Positions 1 through 13,334 of a stretch of DNA of 64,000 bases are shown piece by piece. Location: positions 65,918,464 through 65,982,463 of the forward strand of contig NC_043011.1 of assembly GCF_006345805.1 (NCBI RefSeq). Reading direction: 5' to 3'. The DNA comes from Octopus sinensis. Its lineage: Eukaryota. Under the pieces are notes generated by a model. It did no database searches. It was not told where the DNA came from and saw only the letters and a program-made list of their open reading frames with translations. The first letter of the stretch is position 1, and each line of letters opens with the position of its first letter. The position numbers and the translations under genes are program-made.

Positions 1-2948
1 GAGTTAGCTTGCCGAAACGGCTCGTTGCTTCCCTTTCTTTATCCTTACCGAGACTCACCTGAACAACACCCATTTGGACGCTGAAATGAAAATAAAATAT
101 TTCATCATTGTTCGTGCGGATCACACAGACCGAAATAAGGGAGGCCCAGCCATCTTTATCCTTGACACCTTCTCACTTGATGCCAAGGACATATTTTCCA
201 ATAGCTATTGTGAATCTGTATCACTATTCAGCAAGGCCAAGGACATAATCATTGTTGGTCTTTACAGGCCTCCTCAAGCACCACTAAAGTGCTTTGAAGA
301 GTGCCTTAGTAAGGTCAAGTCCTTCCTTCGGAAGTACAACTCCGGAAACTTACTAGTGATGGGTGATTTTAACCTACCTCATGTGAACTGTCCCACAAAT
401 ACTCTGAAGTTAGGCAAATGCTCTACATCAGATAGAGCAGCAGCAGAACTGCTCTTTAATCTAATGGATGAATACCTCCTGACTCAGCTAGTGCTCGAAC
501 CAACGAGACAGAATAAAACGATCTTGGATCTGGTATTGACCAATTACTCTAGCTTCGTTCACAGTATTTCAGTTGAAAAAACTCTCCTCTCAGACCACGA
601 CATGATACTCTGCAATTTCAATTCCCGACATATAAAAACCAAACCAGCCAATCCCAATCCATGGCACTCATTTGACAACATACACTTCCACAAAGCGGAC
701 TGGGGAGCAATCAGAAAGGATCTGTCTTGCATCAACAGGTCTTTTACTCTCAATTCCACCCATATTGAGACCGCATGGCAGCACTTTGAAAACATTGTCA
801 CCTATACATGCTCTAAACACGTTCCCACGAAATCTACTAACACAAACAAAAACCGGCCCTCTAAAAAGAAAAAAAACACTCATCAGGCGCATCAAAAAAC
901 TCAACAAAAAAATCAACCAATTAATATATTCCCACACACAACATCCACATTCAACAACAAGGAAAAGGCTAGAGCTGGAAAAACCTCATCTGCAGACCGA
1001 CATGAAAACCTCAATTGAAAATCAAAGAGCTGTGGAGGAACAGTAGGTAATCAAAAATATCAAACAGAACGCAAAAGTGTTCTATCCCTATGCAAATAAA
1101 CATAGAACCACTGTCTCACCAATTGGGCCATTGATTGTTGATAACGATGATAAAGAAATCGCAGAAATACTGCAGAAACAATACTGCTCTGTCTTTAGTG
1201 TTCCCACTGATATTGACGCAGACGTAAGAGAAGAGAACGAAGTTGATTCTCAACATAAAATCTCAGACATAACCTTCACTGCCACTGACATCGTAGCAGC
1301 AATAAATGAGGACAAATACTACTCTGCTGTAGGCCCTGATAGATTCCCCACTAGTCTCCTGAAGGAATGTAGACACAAACTTGCAGTCCCTCTGACCAAC
1401 CTCTGGAGAAATTCGTTAGACGCAGGTTATATACCGAAAGAGTTTCTATCCCAGTCAAGTCATCCCGGTTTTCAAACAGGGAAACAGATCCCTCGCACTC
1501 AAATATCGCCCAATCTCACTCACCTCACACATCATTAAAGTGTTTGAAAGAGTGTTAAGATCAAGGATAGCTGACTTCCTGGAGACCCAGAAAATCCTAA
1601 ATGCAAATCAGCATGGCTTTCGCTATGGCAGGGACTGTCTAACACAGCTCTTACACCACATTGAAGATGTACTCAAAGCCTTGGGAACACGTTCGAACTC
1701 TGCTTGACTTCAGTAAAGCGTTCGACAGGGTAGACCATAAAATCCTACTCTCAAACTTGGCAAATGTTGGAATCCGTGGAAAAGTTCTATGCTGGATCAA
1801 GTATTTCTTAGCGAATAGAACACAACATGTTGTAGTTGATGGAGTCCACTCAAGTCCAGCAAAAGTCACCAGCGGTGTTCCCCAGGGGACTGTCTAGGGT
1901 CCGCTACTCTTCATAATTTATATAAACGACCTTTCCAGTGTCGTACATTACTGAAACGTGAACGTATTTGCTGATGACACTCAGCTCCAGCAAATCGTCA
2001 ATGAAGAAGCAGACCGAACTCAAATCCAGTCTGATCTATTTGCTGTGAGTCAATGGGCAGACAGAAACAAAATGCAACTGAACGAGGGAAAATTTGAGCT
2101 GATGCATTTTGGAAGAAACTCCTCACTAAAACAGCCATAATCTCTTCCTTCAGGGGAACCGCTCACAGCCTCTAACAATATCAGAGACCTGGGTGTAGTT
2201 GTTGATGACGATCTCAGTTGGAGTGAAGAAAATCAACAAGAAGGTCGATATAATTCGTAAGATGAGTTCCTAAATCTTAAGAACTTTCCGGTCCAGAGAA
2301 CAATGTGTCATCATACCACTTTTCTCCTCCTTTGTACGGCCACACCTCGAATACTGCTAACCACTGTGGTTTCCCCATACAAGACAAAACATCTCGAAGA
2401 TTTAATCACCCCAGAGAGCACTCACTAAACAAATTGAAGACATGGCTGCTCTCGATTATTGGGATCGCCTTAAAGCCTTGAAACTCTACTCTCTCCAGCG
2501 CCGCCGTGAGCAGTACATCATTTGTACGATGTGAAGAATATACCGCCAACGTTGCCCAAACGACCTGAACATTAGCTTCAAGGTTCATCCAAGACTGGCA
2601 CCACGGGCCATACGTCCCCTGCCCAATTCAAGATCACAGCATACATGTACAGTACAACATAATTTCTTTTCCTCAACAGGCCCTGCCCTATTTAACATTG
2701 ACCAGAAAGAGATCTAAGAAAAACAGGATCCCATCAACTTTAAACGGAGTCTGCATAGTTTCCTTCAAGGATAACCAGATAAGCCACACATAATTGGATA
2801 CAACTCACCCAACAAAAACTCAATACTTGAATGGACCATAAACAAAACTTGACTTAAATAGGATTCAAATAATCCTATCAGGTGGTGCTATTAAGTTAGA
2901 CATGGCCTGGACCAATCTTTGGTCGAAACATATCTAAGTTTATCTAAC
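1..2948 (+). mobile_element. CR1-group LINE ORF2 (APE endonuclease + RT), decayed; lies upstream of G1 exon 3, presumably in intron 2
   Basis: APE motifs (LYRPP, GDFNLP, LDLVLTN, SDHD) in ORF 74-1018; RT motifs LDFSKAFD, GVPQG, FADDT; many stops/frameshifts; 3' end caggtggtgctattaagttagacatggcc followed by tatctaag-like tail. Confidence 0.93.
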
Positions 2949-3014
2949 ATTATATATATATATAAATAATGTATGTACCTATATGTGAATAAATAGATAC
3001 GTGATTCATAGATA

Positions 3015-3167
3015 GATACGTAGGTAGGTACGTAGGTATGTAGGTAGGTAGGTAGGTAGGTAGGTATGTAGGTATGTAGGTAGGTAAGTAGGTAGGCAGG
3101 TAGGTAGGTAGTCAGGTGTGTAGGTACGTAGGTAGGTAGGTAGGCAGGTGGGTAGGTACGTAGGTAG
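3015..3167 (+). repeat. (TAGG)n microsatellite
   Basis: Directly visible tetranucleotide array. Confidence 0.95.
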
Positions 3168-3222
3168 ACATTTTAACTTTCGTTTTGCGAATTGTAATAG
3201 TAACTCAAACTTTTTTTTCTAG

Positions 3223-3307
3223 AGGATACTATATCTTCATTATATGCTTTAGTCCTAAAGTTAACCATGAGTGTTATGATGTCTTAGATAAAAGTCACTC
3301 TTGCTCG
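3223..3307 (+). CDS. G1 exon 3 (GYYIFIICFSPKVNHECYDVLDKSHSCS), six-Cys family
   Basis: ttttttttctag acceptor, gtaagt donor; 85 nt, phase 2 to 0; same size and Cys positions as 24191-24275 and 43175-43259. Confidence 0.85.
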
Positions 3308-4060
3308 GTAAGTTATTTCTTATTACTGTTATATATTGTAAATAATAATCTTTAATTTCTCTCTGATACTTTGCTCTGGCTTAAAGGTGAATTTTCTCAA
3401 TAATGAACGCTTTTCTCAATTCATGACAATACAGTTCTTTGTAATTTTTTGACCCTACACATAATCTTATAGTGATTCTAGAGTTGAATTAATATCCAGG
3501 CAATTGTTTGGGCAACAGGGTGCTGTTTGACTCTGTTTAAAAGCTAAATTTAATGCACGAATTTATTTGAAGCCACAGATGTGTTTCTGAATTCAAATTC
3601 ATTAAGAAATATTTTACTGTTGATGAAGTCTTCATAGATTATCAATAATAGAGGCATGGATGTTCACATTTTTCATAGACATGCCATGGTATCACTCGTA
3701 AAGTGACTTCACATGGCAAAATTATTTGACTGTTACATCGGAGATTTGGGAACGATTATAATGCTGCACATCCGGCAACATAATAATTACCATTATATTT
3801 CTTATAGAAAACAGCAAATTTGTAAAAAAAAAGCTTTTTCATATCATCAGATTTAATCCACCAAAACACGAAAAACATGTGAAGAGTAATTGTTTATTCC
3901 TTATAATCATTAATCACACAGAGTGCATTAACGACATTCTGTATAACAATGTTACATTGATAGAATTCATATCTACTTCTATGAAATGTAGTTGTAAAAA
4001 TACATTGAATGACTTTGTGCGGTTCTTTTCAATTTCATGATGCTTGTCTTTTCTTTTCAG

Positions 4061-4111
4061 CCTCGAAATAAGCAAAATATGTTACGTACTACCAAAGTTC
4101 CTACTCCTTCG
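4061..4111 (+). CDS. G1 exon 4, linker (PRNKQNMLRTTKVPTPS)
   Basis: cttttcttttcag acceptor, gtaatt donor, 51 nt phase 0 to 0, open frame. Confidence 0.6.
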
Positions 4112-5093
4112 GTAATTCCTGCTTTACCCACGATACGTTTTCCTTTTATCCTCAGTATTTGTTTATTCAATAATTCCCGGTAACAAAATTATAACTTTTA
4201 GAATAAACACTTATTGTTATGCAGATTCATTATATATTTTGCAATAACTGATTTGCGGTAAGATAACATTGAAAATATGTAGATCATTTGATTATTATAA
4301 ATATTATATATCCTTTACAAATCTTTGATTTGTAGTGATGATACTGAATCGCCATCGGAAATGTGATATAACTGCGATAATAATACTTTAGTATTGCGAA
4401 TATACTTATGAATATATCAGCGTCCTTAAATATTAATGAGAAATCACTTTATCTGCAGCTACCTGCTCTGCTTTATAGGGTTAGTAGAAACTCAATCTGT
4501 CTAACTCAATTTATCACAATATTTGGTAAATGTGTTTCTCTTTATAACCAGTAAGATTCGACAGGGCGTGAGAAAATGACTGAAATTATATCCCGCTACA
4601 GAAGGATTCCATCTCTAGTCTCATATCAATCCTACCAACCAAGGTCCGCTCTGAAGTGTCACCGCTGTCCCACTGTTAACCTTTGAAACCGTTGTTTAGA
4701 TTCTGTCCCTGGCTCCCCTATATGCTGTAATAATTTTCCTGCGTAATCACAATAGAAATGCTGAAAAGAAATGATATATATACAAGGGAAATCATTCCAT
4801 TTTTAACCTCATTATTAGTTGCAATATTGATGTTTGATAGTATTGTTTTGCCTATTCTCTTCACAGTCGTCTTTCCAACCGTCTGCAGCTATTACTACAA
4901 TGGCGTCTACATTATTATTGCACGACTACATTTAGAAAATGTTGGAATCTACCTGCATCATGTTGGCAATTGTCTTGATAATTTAGTCTAATATGTCTGA
5001 AATATGTTAATAAACTTGAGAAGACTATACCCAATGATTATACGTTTACATTTCTTTTAATTTTTTTAAACCTCGATAATCCTAGATTTTCAG

Positions 5094-5153
5094 TTGGAAT
5101 ATTTGAAAATACTGCTTTTGATACCAATTTGTATGTTTATCATGCATTGTTAG
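5094..5153 (+). CDS. G1 terminal exon, hydrophobic tail (LEYLKILLLIPICMFIMHC*)
   Basis: T-rich tract and ttttcag acceptor, phase 0; 60 nt to the stop, as in the G2 terminal exon; GPI-signal-like. Confidence 0.55.
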   Translation: MEYLKILLLIPICMFIMHC

Positions 5154-5424
5154 TGGTAGTCATTTGTAATATATGCAAAAGGATTGAAATTATGGGCAAA
5201 GAAGTTAGTCGATTGATGAAAGTATTCTTATTTTATAGAACTGGAGTGATGAAACACAAAATTCACCGATGCGGGGAGTGAAATCGATATGCAAACACGT
5301 ACGACATATCGCTAACATGTTGTCCGGCTTCATAGGTTTTCCTGAATCTCACCACCTTGATATATATTGATGTCGCAAATTATTATTATAGCTTAGATAG
5401 ACAGACAGACAGGGAAACATACAT

Positions 5425-5425
<1 letters not shown>

Positions 5426-5496
<71 letters not shown>

Positions 5497-5517
5497 GTAG
5501 ATAGATAGATAGATAAA
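5426..5517 (+). repeat. (GATA)n microsatellite
   Basis: Directly visible. Confidence 0.95.
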
Positions 5518-6429
5518 TAAGTTCAGCAACAATTTAGATTCATATGAATATGGTACTTAATTTAGATGCACCAACATTTTATATGGTGTCATCCATAAAA
5601 CTTTGCAGTGTGATTATAATAAAAAATAAGCAACAAGAATGACTCCGGTAATTTGGTACAATTGTTTCGGACTACAACATTATAGTAAAAGTTGTAATTA
5701 TACAGCAGAGTTAAAATTTTGAGTGCTCTCATATAGGTTTTCCAATAATACAAAAGCCTTCAAATCAAGTCGTAACATTTTAGGGAAGGTAGATATACAG
5801 ATAAAGATGTAGGACTAAATTTTAAGAATATTAGGTTGTGAAGTCCAGTCCCTAACTGACCAAACTATGCTTGTGTTTAACTAGGAGTGAGAGTAAGGGT
5901 TAGGGTTAGGCTTACCATAATACCAGAATACCATAAAAGGAACTCAAGTTGCCACTAACAAAATGCCAATTACTGCTATATGGTGAGAAGAAACTAGGTC
6001 AGTGTCAAAAGGTCATTTATCTCATTTACAAACAGTAGGGGAAGAAAAAACTATCAATCATTATTATGAGAAGACATTGAATTTTATAATTGGGGGATAG
6101 CTTTATTAATTTTGAAATTAGATTAGATTTAGAAAAAATTCAATTTCAAGTTTGCAGTGAAGTTTTTTAGTCCTCTATGAAAGTTAAGTTGAAGGCTACT
6201 ATAGTATTTTTCTTATTAATATTAAAATATAGGAATACTCATATTTTTTATTTAAAGTATTTAAACTTTCTAGTTGGGGAATGTATGCAACATTATCCAA
6301 ACTCCAGACGATTATTCAAAAGACTTATATTACACTGATGTTTTAAAATTTCATAGGTTTCCATAGAACAAAGTTGGCAACCTTCTCTACTATTTCGCCC
6401 TTCTAACTATATCCCCGCTGAGATGACCC

Positions 6430-7100
6430 GTTCTTCTTCCTTCTTTTTTATCTTGGGAGAGTGGAGCTTTCCGCTTTGTCCGAAGGCTCTCCCCCGCCTC
6501 CCGAAGACTTAGGTTCCCTCGGCGGGCAACTATTGTTGCCCGCCTTTTTCCTTTTTAATCCTTTTTGAATTGAGGAGGCTGAAGTCTCCTCGACCACATC
6601 CACCTCTCCCTTTGACCAGGTAGGGGATGTGGCATCTAGTGACTGTTCCAGGGCCTTACCATTGTCCTGGGGGCAGTTCCTTTTAATATTGCCTTGCTGC
6701 AGGCACGAGAGGCAATTGGGGAGACGTCCCTCAAGTATCACCGGATACATGCAGCCAGCCATTTTCAAGAAAAATGGAATAACAAGACCTGATGCGACCG
6801 ATGGGGTCCACAGGGTCAAAATCGCTTTTGACCCTTCCCAATCGACCGCCGGCAATACCCTTACATTTAAGAGCCTGGGTCCGCCATCCCCCACTCCCCG
6901 TCGGATGGTATCTTCAATCTAATCCGCTTCGGTACCTGGGGGTAACCCACATACCCAGGCTCGTATTAATTTTCTTCCACAACATAACGGAAGGAACAGA
7001 ATGTCCTTGCCTTCTAAAGGCTGACTCGTAAACTGGCGAGCCTTTTCTCGTTGGCAAACAGCAACCATACGGTTGCATGTTTGACACCACGGGATATATA
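6430..7100 (-). mobile_element. L1/Tx1-like ORF1 fragment (gag-like zinc knuckle)
   Basis: GRLPNCLSCLQQGNIKRNCP is a CCHC knuckle with H>N; upstream IRAWVCGLPP segment is RRM-like; disrupted. Confidence 0.55.
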
Positions 7101-7749
7101 TTTTAAAGAGGACAAATATTCTTTAAGTTAATTTTTTATGACTTGATTTGGGAAGACGGTAATGGAATTAAGAACTTTAGAATAAGTTCTAAGTACCACC
7201 GTCTTCTCCTCCATATCTTTTAATTTCCCACTCGAAGACAGAGTTTTTCTTTTCAAGTTCCTTCTCTGCCATGTCAAAAAATAGTTCATAAGTAGTTGAA
7301 AAGACAGTCTGCCAAAAAATTAAACCGAATAAAAATAAAACAAAATAAAAGAGGAGGAAACTGAAATTAAAGTAATGAAAAGAATGAACCAAAATTTAGA
7401 AAGAAAGAAAAAATAGAAGGGAAAAGTAAAAGAAAAACCTCACAAAGAGCACAGACAGGGAATCCTTTGTATAATACTCAAAAAAGTTAATCCAAATAAG
7501 TAATCCAAATTGCTTATTCTTATTTTCCTGGCGAGATACGCCCACTAGAAAGTATTTTCAAGCAAAAATTCTCAATTCAACGTTACGGTGATGAGAACCC
7601 AGTATTTTGCTCGCTATAGCGAGCCATAATTGACAAATTTTCCTTTTGTTCTTTTTTTTCTATTCACGGAGCCGAAACTCACATCTTCTCACTGTAATAG
7701 TCCACACCAACTAGTGTTGCATTCTGGTTAACCGGAAGTAAGCAAGCTA

Positions 7750-8720
7750 CTTACCACGCAGCTACGCCTGTGACTATTATTCATATTTGTCTGTTGCATG
7801 GAATTAAAACTGACTTTTGACGAAAGGATAAGAAGGATAAGAAGCATTTTTGAGTCCATTCTGAAGGTCTTTTTAAATATTTTCGGAAAGAGCCCAGTTC
7901 CAGTGATCAACGATTCGATCAAAATCTTGGCTAAGTTAACTGAATGAAGGATTAGACATACATTTAAGATAATATTTTTCAAGCTGTGGTATACATCCGC
8001 TTCAATTACACAAATCCAGTGCTATTAGCGTATACAAATTGCCTTTTGAGTTTCAGGTACTTGGAAAGAACGATATTTCCTTGGACTTTTAAAATCAATA
8101 ATGTAAATCCTATTTTGCTACATGTAAGAAAGAGGTGAGATTTCGTTAAAATCTCTAGAACATCTCATAATCACTTGTTACATTTGTCGGAATTTCTTGT
8201 GGTACTAGATTGAGAAACCAAGAAAATATGGAAACTAATTACTTCCAGCATTAAAATCATAAATTAACGATGTTGAAACAACTGCAACTTACAACAACGT
8301 CGTCATTAGGAGAGAGAAGAAACCCCAATGAGAATAGGTACAACTTACCGAGCATTATTCAACTGTATTCATTGTAGAAATGAAACAACGTCCCATAGCA
8401 TTAGCAGCTAAACATTGCAGATATCGGAAAAGAAGTAGAGATTGATTAAAAACAGAGATTTTATTGCCAAATAGATAGCCGCCAGAATCAGCAGACAATA
8501 TTTCGAGGCAAGACTTTCTGGTGTCTATAGCGAAAGAAGCTGTGTGGAAGAGAAGCAGTATTACTCTGAAGAGAGACTGTTTTATTTCTGCCAAAACCTC
8601 AATCGAATCGTTTGAGAATTGCATTTCACAAGGAAAATGTTAAAAATTTATGATTTCAGGCTAGTAAATCTTCTACAGTTGAATGAATGTGGCGTGAATG
8701 GTCTTAGTGATTGCTTCTTA
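7750..8720 (+). mobile_element. Tx1/L1 ORF2 C-terminal remnant
   Basis: NCIHCRNETTSH (8361-8396; CxxC..ETxxH zinc motif) followed about 50 codons later by DFLVSIAKEAVWKRS (8512 onward), resembling the Tx1 C-terminal FILGQAKMAIY-type motif; many stops. Confidence 0.55.
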
Positions 8721-9334
8721 TCTAAACTGGTACCTGTATTTTGAGGAGTACAAAGCAAAAATCCAAACTTAGTGCGCCATGATATGATTTGGGTGGCTGG
8801 TCGTTGTTAGTTGCTCAGGATTGCGTCTCCCAACTATTTGCAAATTTTCTTATTTAGTTTTATGGGTTAATATTGATGCAGTTCATGTAGGTATGCAATG
8901 CTTACCGTACTTTCGTTGTCCAAAGATCAATTTTGACAACAGTGGCCTATAACGAAATTATTGTTATGAGCAAATTCCAATTGCTCATACCAACTTTATT
9001 GAATGACTAATACTCTCATTAACATTTCCCTCCACATCGCATTAATATGTTCTTTTCATGGGTGTCACCAGGACATTACTTTTCACTAATGTGTTCGTGT
9101 TTTGTTCAGGAATAATCGTATTATTTATTACACTATTAAATATTTAAGTATCGGAAACTGAAATTGTATATAATTTTTTGGTATGTCAGAAGAGTAATGT
9201 AAAATGCCAAGTGATAATAGGAAACAAATATAATGCGTAAATAGTATTATTCTATCCAGAGCAAGATTTCTACTATAACTGATTATGTAGGACAACACTT
9301 TGAAGGAGATGTGACCTGTATCGGATCCCGAATA

Positions 9335-9374
9335 ATGAGTAAACATTCCCTATTTATTTTAATTCTTATATTTG
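9335..9374 (+). pseudogene. G1b exon 1, signal peptide (MSKHSLFILILIF)
   Basis: ATG + 13 codons + 1 nt, gtaatt donor; S-L-F-I shared with the 13335 and 40168 exons. Confidence 0.7.
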
Positions 9375-9554
9375 GTAATTCTATTAATTACTGTCCTGGA
9401 TATTTACATCTGAATTTTACGTTATAATTCTTGTTTTAATTCGTATATTTTTATCCAAACATATTCTATTAGTGTTTTGTTTTCCCCACAAATATGTATA
9501 ATGCTATGAATATAACAAATCCTAAACTTATACTTTTGTCAATCTCGCGTAATT

Positions 9555-9556
<2 letters not shown>

Positions 9557-9635
<79 letters not shown>

Positions 9636-9697
9636 TTTTATGTATTGATTAAGTCTTTCCTTGTTTGTTTTGCAAAATAGTGGTTTTGTCTCTAATA

Positions 9698-9753
<56 letters not shown>

Positions 9754-9957
9754 TATATATAAATATATATTTACAAAGAAACACAAACATATATATATAG
9801 ATAGATAGATAGATATTGATATATATGTGCAGGTATTGTATGTATGTACGAATGTATATATATAACTAAATATATATATATGTATATTTACATATATGTA
9901 TATACACATATATACATGCATATATATATACATACATATATATATACACACACACAG

Positions 9958-10045
<88 letters not shown>
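9557..10045. repeat. (TA)n/(CA)n microsatellite blocks
   Basis: Directly visible; source of spurious IY-repeat ORFs. Confidence 0.9.
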
Positions 10046-10047
<2 letters not shown>

Positions 10048-10161
10048 TAGAAGAAATATGGTCATCTGAAATCTAGATGGTTTTATAAATCACATATTAG
10101 CGCTTCCCTTTTCTCTAGTAGAGTCTGCAGAAGCCTCCAGCATATAAACTTAATATGTGCG

Positions 10162-10197
<36 letters not shown>

Positions 10198-11131
10198 CGC
10201 TTACTTGTTTCTTGTTTCAGTCTTTTGCAGCACAACCGCCATAAGATTTCCTTTAGTCGAGAAAAATGAGCGTAAAACTCTTTGTAAACCTCGTACTTGT
10301 TCATTCTGTTGGTCTTATTTGCCACATCTCTAATTGACAGGGACGTCAACACATCAACACCAAGTGATTATAGGCGGACGAATTAAAGCACAAACACACA
10401 CACGCACATACACACACACACGCACGCACACACATGCATACACACGCACACATACATATATATATGCGTATGTGCAGGTATATCTGTGCTTGTGTGTGTG
10501 TTGTGTACGTCACGGTTTCAAAGTACAACAACTGTTAATTCTGAACATACACTCTAGAATAGATTCATGATCGCTTTAGGAATGACACCTCCGCACTGTC
10601 TGTAGGATATCAATAATAAAAAAGAAGAAATCCACTGCAAGTCAACTAGTACAGGCTTCAGGCTTACGTCTAGACACTTCCTTTATTATGGAATAAGTAA
10701 TATTTGTCTATTCGCAGTGTTATTCATTACGTATACCTTGCTTTTATTTTTTTATTCTTCATTATAATAATTATGTTATATCGCTGCAAGAAATCATTGC
10801 TGATATAAAATCGATATCCTGCAATATTTTAGACCGGGAAGGAAATATGAACACCCCACATATTTCCTACGATTCGTAATAGTCTTTCATATCAACTGGA
10901 TTGAAATACTTAGCTACTTGACCCGTCATGCCCTTTTCATTTCAGTTAATCTTTAATCTTATAACATAGACATCGTTTTCGCTATATATCAACCTGACAA
11001 TTTCATTTTTTCGTGAAATGTTTGAGGACAAGTATTCAATGATTCATATGATTTACTAATCTATATCATTTCCAACATTATTCGGTGTTGTGAAAGATAT
11101 TAGATAGAAAGAGTTTTTCTTATTTTTGTAG

Positions 11132-11230
11132 ACATAACCACCTCGTTGGTAGTGAAGGAGTGTAGGAACAGAGCAAATGATTCTTCTCCTAAAACTTTCG
11201 CATTTATTCGAATACCTCTGTTACCTGCGC
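11132..11230 (+). pseudogene. G1b exon 2, disrupted (DITTSLVVKECRNRANDSSPKTFAF/YSNTSVTC)
   Basis: ttatttttgtag acceptor, phase 1; C1 at codon 10 and Ala at codon 14 as in G2; C2 is TCT; one T missing in gcatttattcg (restoring it recovers conserved Tyr25 and C3); donor reads gctagt. Confidence 0.65.
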
Positions 11231-11405
11231 GCTAGTATTATACAAACACATCATTACTCATCATTACGTTTTCTCACACAAGCATACATCTCAATCAAAG
11301 TAGGTTCAAATATGCTTACATGTGACTTTATACATTTGCATATGCTGACGGATTTTCCAAAAAGATATGTTTTATATTTCATATTTTCTCCTTTGCTTGT
11401 TCCAG

Positions 11406-11494
11406 TCATTGGACCGCAGTCATGCATGCATTACTTTAACTACTTAATAAGTGCTTTGTTTCATTCCGTAAAAATAATATCTCAGTGTTCAAAG
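11406..11494 (+). pseudogene. Possible decayed G1b exon 3
   Basis: Strong acceptor (ttttctcctttgcttgttccag); three TGY codons at roughly family spacing but out of frame. Confidence 0.35.
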
Positions 11495-11599
11495 GTTTCA
11501 AATATACCTATGGGCGTTTTGTCGTGAACATTAAGAAAACTTCGTATCGAGTTGTTGTAATTAAATGCAGGAATAATGTTTAAATACCTGGGACACTCA

Positions 11600-11960
11600 T
11601 GCTGATATGTTTGGCACATTAGATATGATGCCCCAGCTTTATCAAAGGCGCGGATATGGGAAGATGAATTTCGGAGAGGAAGGGACCCAATTTCTAGAAG
11701 TCCGGCAACTGCCACTGCCAGCAAAAACAACGAACATGTTCACCATATGGTGATCGATGACCTGCGAATAACAATAACTTCAGTAGCCAAATCTATCAGT
11801 ATATCTCTTCAAAGAAAATTCTGCAAAGTGAACTTCCGATGACGACGGTTTCTGTTAGGCTTGTGTCACCTCTTGTGAAGCCTGATCAAATGGGAAACCT
11901 GGTAATATCAGGGGAAAACTTGACGTTGTGTAAGTCATGTTCAGATGGTTTCCTAAGCCA
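11600..11960 (+). mobile_element. mariner transposase remnant
   Basis: Decayed HTH region (WEDEF..GR; PATAT..KN.EHVH.MV.DD.RIT) and a WVPRLL-like segment. Confidence 0.6.
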
Positions 11961-12747
11961 GCCAGAGTGTTTGAGGCCTCATATTTTGTCAGCGATAAGA
12001 AGCCAATTCGTGCGTTGAAACTTCACTCACTCACTTACTACGAAGTAGACCAATTTCGTTTCATATATCGTGAAGTTGATAGTCTTTGCTTTTTGACTAT
12101 ATTACCGCTCTTTCAGACAAAATAGTAACCAATATTTAATTTACTCTCTGATATATTGAATTAAAGTTAACTTTCCACCAAAGAAACCGTTTCCTTTATC
12201 ATGGTTTAATTGCAGCTCATGACACGCAGATCGTGCTACAGTGATATCAACAATGCACCAGTATCCACAAAACGGTTTGGACAGCTGTTGATTTGTCTCA
12301 TATCCTAAAGTAACTTTGACGCACAAAAGTAGTTTAACGGGGTTCGAAATTGAAATTCATAAATAAGCAATTAATCCTCCGATAAATTCTTCTTAGATCA
12401 AGAATAGTAAGAGTAGGTATAAAGAAACAGATATCACTTAGTCACGAGCGTTTTCCTATTTAGCCGGCACAATTCGCCTGAGGGTGCTGAAACGACTGAA
12501 TAAACCAATAGGAAAATTCCATTCCTGGTCCCTTGTCGACCACAAAATCTCTCAAATACTGCCCTATCTCTCTGGTATCTTTCATCACGTGTTTGGGTGC
12601 CTTAACAAGATCCATTATAAAATGCACTGTTTTGTTTTCCTGGTAACCACATAAGCTTGTGAAAAATAGGAATATATAAACAACGAAATTGTTGCATAGT
12701 TCGCATAACTTTTAGTATTTACGTACAGCGTTTTTTCTCCTTTGCAG

Positions 12748-12810
12748 ATAATGCGTTAATCCTCAGTCGTATTTACTGCATTCGTGGTTAGATTATTAAT
12801 TTATGACCTG
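12748..12810 (+). pseudogene. G1b terminal exon with premature stop (IMR*SSVVFTAFVVRLLI)
   Basis: ttttttctcctttgcag|ATA acceptor like G2/G3 last exons; +G/-T relative to the LNS codons creates TAA; hydrophobic tail retained downstream. Confidence 0.6.
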
Positions 12811-13334
12811 CATCATTCTGACAACTATTTTGGTTTAAAATGTACCAATAATCATAGGAAAATTAAAAGTGTGAAGATGATACATTTATATTAAAATATT
12901 ATTGAATTAAATATGAATCTATTTCCGTGCACAAATTGTTTTAACAAAATTCTTGACAAACTGTAGTAATATTCTATGGTAGTGTTCCTTCAATGGAGAA
13001 TACACGTAACTAAATTCCTTGCAACGTGTAACCCATGGAAATTTCTCTTCACTATGCTTTTAAAGTACCTGTTATTACAAACGTTACTCGGCGAATTTAG
13101 TTACACATTACGCAATAAATACTTGTTAATAAGAAATATATTAGCATAGCTATATTAGGTACGACAAGCAAAAAATAAGACTGAACAATTAATTAGCTAT
13201 CGTGACAATAAATAAAGGATGTCAACATAATGAATTCTGGGTAAAACACATGTTACGTTATATTTAAGTATACAAGATATAACATTGTCGATGCGTCGTA
13301 AGATTATCGGACGTGGTATTTGAAAGTGAAAACC

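Noticed and set aside
4459-4526. Alternative G1 tail exons (4459-4526 and 9110-9147)
   Set aside because: Needs two extra exons that the paralogues lack; 5094-5153 fits the five-exon plan better
5897-5912. TTAGGG-like units
   Set aside because: Only about two copies; expected by chance
7756-7860. Minus-strand signal-peptide-like MDSKMLLILLILSS with a donor site
   Set aside because: Lies within the Tx1 remnant; part of the hydrophobicity comes from a 9-nt duplication; no compatible downstream exon found
8349-8524. Minus-strand exon-like segment with near-family spacing (C-x7-S-x14-S-x8-C-x8-C-x10-C) and a TGCTCG|gtaagt donor
   Set aside because: It has an in-frame stop and two of six Cys absent; the plus strand carries recognisable Tx1 ORF2 C-terminal motifs, which explain the region better
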